Below, in pieces: positions 34,588-39,870 of a stretch of DNA of 39,870 nt. The notes beneath the pieces are model-generated. The model did no database searches, had not been told where the DNA came from, and saw nothing but the letters and a program-made list of their open reading frames with translations. The position numbers and the translations under genes were made by a program. The stretch is from Thermoproteaceae archaeon (GTDB taxonomy: Archaea; Thermoproteota; Thermoprotei; Thermoproteales; Thermoproteaceae), in assembly GCA_020833025.1 (NCBI GenBank), contig JAJHRB010000004.1, positions 1 to 39,870 on the forward strand, given 5' to 3'. Positions within the stretch are counted from its first letter, which is position 1; the number at the start of each line of letters is the position of its first letter.

Positions 34588-35064
34588 TTAGGCCGCGCCG
34601 CCCACTCTCTTTATGTAGCCGTATTTTCTAGAGCCAACGCGGACCTTGACGTCCCCGCCCTCGAGCAGCACGTAGTGCCCCCTCCTCGCCTGCAGCAGTT
34701 CCTGGAGCTTTCGCGAGAACTCCTCCCCGCCGATGCCCAGCCTCCGCGTGACAAGATCCATGACCTCGGCTAGCTTGGCGTACCCGCTCGCGCCCGCGAG
34801 CTCGCTCAGCGCCTCATTGAGGGCCAGCTCGAACTCCTCGAGCGAGATCTCTCTAGCACTCCAGCGCCTCTCTCTGAGACAGTCATAGAGCCTGGCCACG
34901 ACGAAGTAGAGGAAATTTCGCATGCTTATGACATAGCGGAACCCCGAGCCGGTCTTAACGACCTCCGCTTTGAGGGCAGCTGCCAGCTCCTCCGGCCTCA
35001 AGCCGATTCTCTCGGCAAACCTATCCAGCTCCGACTTCCTCACGCCGAACTTCACGTCGTCCAC
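34588..35064 (-). CDS. Hypothetical protein (possible C-terminal wHTH)
   Basis: 158-aa ORF co-oriented with the ATPase; TATA-like TTATATA upstream. Confidence 0.7.
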   Translation of the reverse strand: MDDVKFGVRKSELDRFAERIGLRPEELAAALKAEVVKTGSGFRYVISMRNFLYFVVARLYDCLRERRWSAREISLEEFELALNEALSELAGASGYAKLAEVMDLVTRRLGIGGEEFSRKLQELLQARRGHYVLLEGGDVKVRVGSRKYGYIKRVGGAA

Positions 35065-35112
35065 GACTCCCGGGCGCCGCGCGTATATAATGCAAAGGCT
35101 TAGCCCGCGCCA

Positions 35113-35799
35113 GTGCCGGACCTCCGGCGCGTGCTCGAGATAATTGACAGGACGGTGGCCGTCGGGCGCGAGGACTTTGCAATCGCCTCGCTGTGCGGCG
35201 GCAGTCTCTTCGAGCTGCTCGTGGCCGTTGTGCTGAGCCAGAACACGTCCGACAAGAATGCGCGCAGGGCGTACGAGAGACTCAGGGAGAGGCTCGGGCC
35301 AATAACGCCAGAGGCGGTCCTCGGGCTCCAGGAGGGCGAGCTCGCCGAGCTAATAAGGCCCGCCGGCATGCACAGGAAGAGGGCGCGCTGCCTCAAGGCG
35401 CTCGCATCGGAGTTCCTCCGCGCGCAGCTGACGCCAGAAAAGCTCGCCGCGATGGGGGCAGAGAGGGCGAGAAGGCTGCTGCTCGGGCTGCCTGGAGTTG
35501 GCAAGAAGACTGCAGACGTGATCTTAGCGTGTCTCGGACTCCCGGCATTTCCCGTAGACACGCACATCGCGAGAGTCGCGCGCCGCCTGGGCGTGGGGCG
35601 TGTCTACGACGAGGTGAGCAGAAGGCTCATGGAGAGCCTGCCGCCGGGCAGGTACTTCGAGCTCCACCTGAAGCTGATTAAATTCGGGCGCGAGATCTGC
35701 ACGGCGAGGGCCCCGAACTGCCGCTCGTGCCCCCTCAGCTCGCTGTGCCCCTCCAGCGCGCTGACCGCACGCGGCTCAGGCGAGGGTTCCTCGTCATAG
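35113..35799 (+). CDS. nth: Endonuclease III (HhH-GPD, [4Fe-4S])
   Basis: LSQNTSD, LPGVGKKTAD, PVDTHIARV, CTARAPNCRSCPLSSLC. Confidence 0.95.
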   Translation: MPDLRRVLEIIDRTVAVGREDFAIASLCGGSLFELLVAVVLSQNTSDKNARRAYERLRERLGPITPEAVLGLQEGELAELIRPAGMHRKRARCLKALASEFLRAQLTPEKLAAMGAERARRLLLGLPGVGKKTADVILACLGLPAFPVDTHIARVARRLGVGRVYDEVSRRLMESLPPGRYFELHLKLIKFGREICTARAPNCRSCPLSSLCPSSALTARGSGEGSSS

Positions 35800-35824
35800 C
35801 GTCAGCAGCGGCACACTACATCAC
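35776..35824 (-). ncRNA. C/D-box sRNA, antisense-overlapping the nth 3' end
   Basis: GTGATGT -12- CTGA cgct ATGACGA -11- CTGA; TTTATAA (35846-35852) 28 nt upstream. Confidence 0.8.
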
Positions 35825-35947
35825 TAGCGCCGTGAGCTCCGCGCGTTATAAAGCCCGCCCCCGAGGTCAGACGTGCGGGACAGGACGTGACTCGCCGGCC
35901 GGAGTTGCACGGGGAGCTCTTAAATAATCGCGCTCACGGGCACCGCA

Positions 35948-37132
35948 ATGAGAGGGTTCTCGCCGAGAGTCGAGCTGCTGCGAGAATCCCCGACGAGGAA
36001 AATAGACGCGCTGCGTGAGAGGCTAAAGCAGGAGCGCAAGGACATAATTCTGCTCTCGACGGGGCAGCCTAGCATACCGCCGCCGCGGGAGATTCGCGAG
36101 ATTCTGATGGGGCTGCTGGCCGAGGACTCCATGGAGCTATACGGCTACACGCCGTCACAGGGCCTTTACGAGGTGAGAGATGCGATATCTGAGGATCTCA
36201 AGAGACTCGGCGGCATTGACGTGCCGCCGGAGCAGATAGTCCTGACGGCAGGCGGGCAGGGAGCGATGTTCTCTACGCTTGCCGCGATTCTGGAGCCGGG
36301 CAACGAGGTCGTCCTAATCGACCCGACTTACTTCGGCTACAAGCCCCTGCTCGACTACTTCGGCGCGGCCGTCAGGAAGGTGAGGGCGAGCCTGGAGGGC
36401 GGCTTCCAGCCCGATCCCGAGGCGCTGAAGTCCGCCGTCAGCAGGAAGACAAAGGCAGTGATCTTGGTCACGCCAGACAATCCAACTGGCAGAGCGCTGC
36501 GCGAGGATGTCGCCAAGGCCGTGGCCGATCTGGCGAGGGATTACGACTTCTGGGTTATCACCGACGAGGCCTACAAGACGCTGATATACGATGGGGGTCA
36601 CGTCTTCATGTACAAGCTCGCGCCGGAGCTAACGATCTCTATCAACACGTTCTCCAAGGACCCGGCAATACCCGGCTGGAGGCTTGGCTACGTCTACGGC
36701 CCCCCCGAGGCCGTGCGCAAGATAAAGCTCGTGAGCGAGGAGGTGGTGTACTGCCCGCCGTCCTTCGCCCAGAGGCTCGTTGCAATTTACCTGCGCTCTG
36801 ACGTCAGAATGAGGTACATTAGAGAGGTCGTCGACGCGTACCGCAGGCGGCGCGATGTCGCCGTGCAGGCGCTCAGGCAGTACCTGCCGGAGGCCAGATT
36901 TGCGGTCCCCTCCGGCTCCATGTTCATATTTGTCGATCTGTCGGCTTACGTGGAGAGCGGCGAGAGGTTCGCCGAGACGCTCCTGGAGAAGTACGGAGTT
37001 GCGGTCGTGCCCGGCGCGTACTTCAGCGATTACTACAAGGCGGCAGTTAGGATATCGTTCGTCGCTGAGACGCCAGAAAGAATCGTCGAGGGCGTGCGGA
37101 GAATTGCAGAGGCGGTGGAAGAGGGCGCCTAG
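35948..37132 (+). CDS. Class I/II PLP-dependent aminotransferase (AspC-like)
   Basis: LSTGQP, YTPSQG, TAGGQGA, TPDNPTG, DEAY, NTFSK....PGWRLGY, GAVRISF-like C-terminus. Confidence 0.95.
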   Translation: MRGFSPRVELLRESPTRKIDALRERLKQERKDIILLSTGQPSIPPPREIREILMGLLAEDSMELYGYTPSQGLYEVRDAISEDLKRLGGIDVPPEQIVLTAGGQGAMFSTLAAILEPGNEVVLIDPTYFGYKPLLDYFGAAVRKVRASLEGGFQPDPEALKSAVSRKTKAVILVTPDNPTGRALREDVAKAVADLARDYDFWVITDEAYKTLIYDGGHVFMYKLAPELTISINTFSKDPAIPGWRLGYVYGPPEAVRKIKLVSEEVVYCPPSFAQRLVAIYLRSDVRMRYIREVVDAYRRRRDVAVQALRQYLPEARFAVPSGSMFIFVDLSAYVESGERFAETLLEKYGVAVVPGAYFSDYYKAAVRISFVAETPERIVEGVRRIAEAVEEGA

Positions 37133-37725
37133 GGCCTAATCAGGCCGGCCAGCCTCTCCTTGATGTCCGCGAGCTCCTTGCGGAGCCTCTCGACCTCCCC
37201 CCTCAGTCTCTCGTTCTCCTCTCTTAACTTCCTATTCTCCTCCTCCAGCTGCCTCATTCTCTCACCGACATCGGCGCCGGCAAGCTGCTGGCACCTATCG
37301 CTCCGCACCCAGTAGTAGAATTCTGTTCTCTCCCTGTTCCACCTCAGCGCGCCGCTTGTCAGGTCGACCTCTATTTCTGTTATGACCATGAATATATCAC
37401 CCTTGTCCAGCCCGTACTTTGGCGCTATCTCGCTGAAAAACCAGCTTTTCATGTCCTCGAATATTTCCTTGCTGGTCTTCCTGAACTCTGCCGAGTCCCT
37501 TATCCTGTTGAATACCTCCTCGCCGCGAGGGCCAAGCCTCTCCCTCAGCGATCCCGCCAGAGCCCCGAAGAGCAGCCTGAAGAAGTCGGGCCTGCCCCCC
37601 TCGCCGTACCTCCCAAATAGCCTGCCCGCCGAGGTCTTTCCGGTGTTCCACCTCAATACCAGCACCTGCCTCCCCTCCCGCTCCTCCACGTATGCCCTCT
37701 CAACGGCTCTCTCCTCTTCGGCCAT
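37129..37725 (-). CDS. Hypothetical protein with a C-terminal coiled coil
   Basis: Globular N-domain (WNTGKTSAGRLFGRYG, YWVRSDRC) plus heptads LEEENRKLREENERLRGEVERLRKEL; ATG about 27 nt after TTTTAAG. Confidence 0.8.
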   Translation of the reverse strand: MAEEERAVERAYVEEREGRQVLVLRWNTGKTSAGRLFGRYGEGGRPDFFRLLFGALAGSLRERLGPRGEEVFNRIRDSAEFRKTSKEIFEDMKSWFFSEIAPKYGLDKGDIFMVITEIEVDLTSGALRWNRERTEFYYWVRSDRCQQLAGADVGERMRQLEEENRKLREENERLRGEVERLRKELADIKERLAGLIRP

Positions 37726-37778
37726 GCTACTCAAGACTTAGTACGCTTAAAATCTTGCACCCGGGCAGCGCGCGTATT

Positions 37779-38330
37779 ATGGCAGCATACGCCTGGCGCA
37801 CGGCGGCATGCCGCGGGGGTGCGAGCTCTGCCTGCTCGGCGCCAAGAGCTTCGTGTTCATAACGGGGCCGTGCCTGCTGGGCTGTTTCTACTGCCCGATG
37901 GGCGCGGACAGACTCGGCAGGGACGTCATTTACGTGAACGGCGCCCTGCCGGCGGCGACGATATCGTGAGGGCGGGCCGCGATTACGCCTCGGAGGGCGC
38001 CGCGATCACAGGCGGCGAGCCGGCCGCGGTCGCGGGCAGGGTGTGGGGGAGTCGCCCGGCTTCTGAAGCGCGAGTTCGGCGGCGACTTCCACACTCACGT
38101 CTACGCGCACGCGCCGAACTCCAACGACAGGAGAGCGGGCTCATCGCGTCCAGCGGCGTCGACGAGGTGAGGGCGCACGCAGTATCGGCGGAGCAAGCGC
38201 GCGGCAGAGAGGGCGCTGTGAGGGGGCTTCCATGGCGCTGCGCGCAGGCGGGTCGACGCGAGGCTCGTCACGAGCAATGCCTTTAGAGAGGCTGTGAAGT
38301 ACTGGCGAATAAAGCCAAGCGCTTCTGCAT
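37779..38330 (+). pseudogene. Radical SAM protein (COG2108-like) pseudogene with several frameshifts, truncated
   Basis: GMPRGCELCLLGAK.FVFITGPCLLGCFYCP (CxxxCxxC) in one frame, GAAITGGEP in another, and FGGDFHTHVY and SSGVDEVR after further shifts. Confidence 0.75.
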
Positions 38331-38679
38331 CTCTCGGGATGGCGGCGGGATGGTGCACCTCCCCGCTATCTGCCATGCAGCGGAGAGGGCGCTGACCGCG
38401 CGCCCAGATGGGGCGGTTGATACCTCTGGGCTGAAAAACGCCCCTCGCGGGCTCAGAGACCAAAACCCGCTTTCTTACCGGGCTACAAAACGTGCTATGT
38501 AACTCCACTCCCGTCTATACAAACATCGAGAAGAAATCTTGGGCGGGACGTAACGCCGGACATTGTTTGCGTGTAATCCGGCAAGACTGCCGGAGAAGCC
38601 AATGCGGCGGACGATCAAATCCGAGAGAAGGGGATGAAAAACGTGCGAGCTCCTAGATCTGTTTCAGGTATCTCCGCGG

Positions 38680-38997
38680 GATATCTGCCCTGGCGGGAGA
38701 AGTTCTGCAAGCACCTGGGCTTGAACACCAATAGGCTTCTTCCCATGCCGCGAGGACACCCTCTATCAGCAGCTCAGAGAGGCCAGGGAGGGGGCCGGCC
38801 TGCCGTGGCTGGAGCCGAGGCTCCTGCAGAAGTTCAACGCCCAGTGGCTCCTCGACCGCGGGGTGGACCCCGCGGACATAGACCTACTGCAGGGCCGCTC
38901 CGTGAGGGAGCGGGTGCTGTTCGAGCACTACATAGCGGACTACGAGAGGAAGCTCCGCGCCGTCTTTGAGAAACACGCGCCCGGGGTGTTCCCGTGA
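38680..38997 (+). pseudogene. Tyrosine recombinase/integrase C-terminal remnant
   Basis: ..EPRLLQKFNAQWLLDRGVDPADIDLLQGRSVRERVLFEHY..* matches the archaeal integrase box II pattern (RK/F..IxxLQGR..HY), with the catalytic R read as Q. No start, a frameshift near 38740, N-terminus missing. Confidence 0.7.
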
Positions 38998-39222
38998 GGG
39001 CGGCCCCGCCCCGGCAGCCGGCCCTCGTGCCTAGCGCCAGGCAGCTCAAGCGCAGAGCCGCGCCCGGTCTCGTGCCGCCTCAACGCCTCTCGGGCTTTGC
39101 GCGCTCTAAGCAGATTCAACTCCCTCTCGAGATTCTGTCTCAGGCCCTCAGCCCCAGTCCCCGCACGGGCCGCCCTCTCGCAATTGTGCTGGCACTTCTC
39201 GGTCCCTCCGCGGTGCTAGTCT

Positions 39223-39465
39223 ATGACCCCCTCCCCGCCCTAAAGGGCGGGGTTTCCATCGCGGGGGTCTCGACTGTTACCCCCTCCACGGGGGTTAATG
39301 GTTTTACGCCGTTGCCCGGGTTGGTGAAAACAGTGGGGTATCGCCCCACCGGCTCATCCAAAACCGAACCCCCTTTCGGGGGCACCAACCCGGGCACTAG
39401 CCAACCAGCAAGGCTGGGTTTTATAAACCTATCCTCACCCTGAAGGGCGAGGCTTGTCATGAATT
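39223..39465 (-). mobile_element. Non-autonomous IS200/IS605 mini-element holding only ends, a promoter and a structured omega-RNA-like region
   Basis: Left end: target TGAC (39466-39469), guide CAAG, hairpin 39433-39452. TTTATAAA at 39420-39427. 14-bp internal helix 39313-39326/39383-39396. Right end: guide GAAA, hairpin 39233-39252 (identical to element 1), terminal TCAT. Confidence 0.85.
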
Positions 39466-39466
39466 G

Positions 39467-39868
39467 TCATGCCTGGCCGCTCTTCCTGACCAGCTCCACT
39501 ACCGACTTTTGTATCTCCAGCAGAGTGGTCTGAACAACATCTATTCTGGCAGAGAGGCTCTTCTGCGTCTCCAGCAGGGTTGCCTGCACGGCGTCTATTC
39601 TGGCGGAGAGAGCGTCCCGGACGGCGTCTATCCTCCTCGCCAGGTCATCTATCCTCGCCGACAGCGACTTCGTTAAGTCGTCTATTCTCCTGTTCGTCTC
39701 GTCTATGCGCCGGTCAAGCCTGGTTATCTCTGCCCTCAGCTCCCTCAGCTCGCCCGCGATTGTGCCGAGGTAGAGCAGAAAGACGTCCTCGGTGGAAAGC
39801 CTCTTGCCCTCCCTTATCTTGCCGAGCGCGTGCTCGACTGCCGTCTTGAGCGCGTCGTAGGCGACGGC
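39467..39868 (-). CDS. paREP15-type coiled-coil protein (5'-truncated by the window edge; not in the ORF track)
   Basis: ..GKRLSTEDVFLLYLGTIAGELRELRAEITRLDRRIDETNRRIDDLTKSLSARID..; stop TGA at 39467-39469. Confidence 0.8.
   Translation of the reverse strand, partial: AVAYDALKTAVEHALGKIREGKRLSTEDVFLLYLGTIAGELRELRAEITRLDRRIDETNRRIDDLTKSLSARIDDLARRIDAVRDALSARIDAVQATLLETQKSLSARIDVVQTTLLEIQKSVVELVRKSGQA
39503..39610 (-). repeat. Two 54-bp (18-aa) tandem units within the paREP15 gene
   Basis: LSARIDAVQATLLETQKS / LSARIDVVQTTLLEIQKS. Confidence 0.8.
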
Positions 39869-39870
39869 GG

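Noticed and set aside
38577-38594. Recurrent CCGGCA-AG..-TGCCGG hairpins (also 30883 and 32651)
   Set aside because: Short GC stems with differing loops; no evidence of a repeat family.
1-39870. CRISPR array, rRNA genes, and the many overlapping Arg/Ala/Pro-rich ORFs in the track
   Set aside because: No regularly spaced repeats or rRNA signatures were seen. The shadow ORFs are antisense or alternate-frame artefacts of high GC over well-supported genes.

Overview
A GC-rich crenarchaeal chromosome segment, most likely Thermoproteaceae (Pyrobaculum/Thermoproteus-like), judged from leaderless genes about 25 nt after TATA boxes, multi-intron tRNAs, a paREP15-type gene and protein families. Most of it is core archaeal genes: dtdA, mptE, rpl6, lhr, nop5, gatE, rpl14e, cbf5, albA, a UbiD/AcnX modified-mevalonate operon, priL, a MoxR-VWA pair, clp1, rimI, pheA, nth and an aminotransferase. 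The non-coding DNA holds the surprises. (1) A promoter-bearing tRNA-Gln(UUG) locus has an intact 3' part with two BHB introns but no usable nt 1-21, which fits a trans-spliced (split) tRNA broken in the D-loop. (2) tRNA-Glu(UUC) has 3/4 and 25/26 introns and a leader that repeats its own acceptor strand. (3) Two 243-349 bp IS200/IS605 mini-elements keep only ends, a promoter and a TnpB omega-RNA-like region; all four ends obey the IS608 guide/cleavage-site pairing rule, and both sit on stop codons. (4) A small wHTH gene is bracketed by identical 24-bp palindromes. (5) A 25-aa K/E micro-ORF lies upstream of rpl14e. (6) Four C/D-box sRNA candidates are present, one with co-varying non-canonical boxes. 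The right end is a decayed accessory region (radical SAM and integrase pseudogenes, mini-IS, paREP15). All calls were made by eye and no searches were run.
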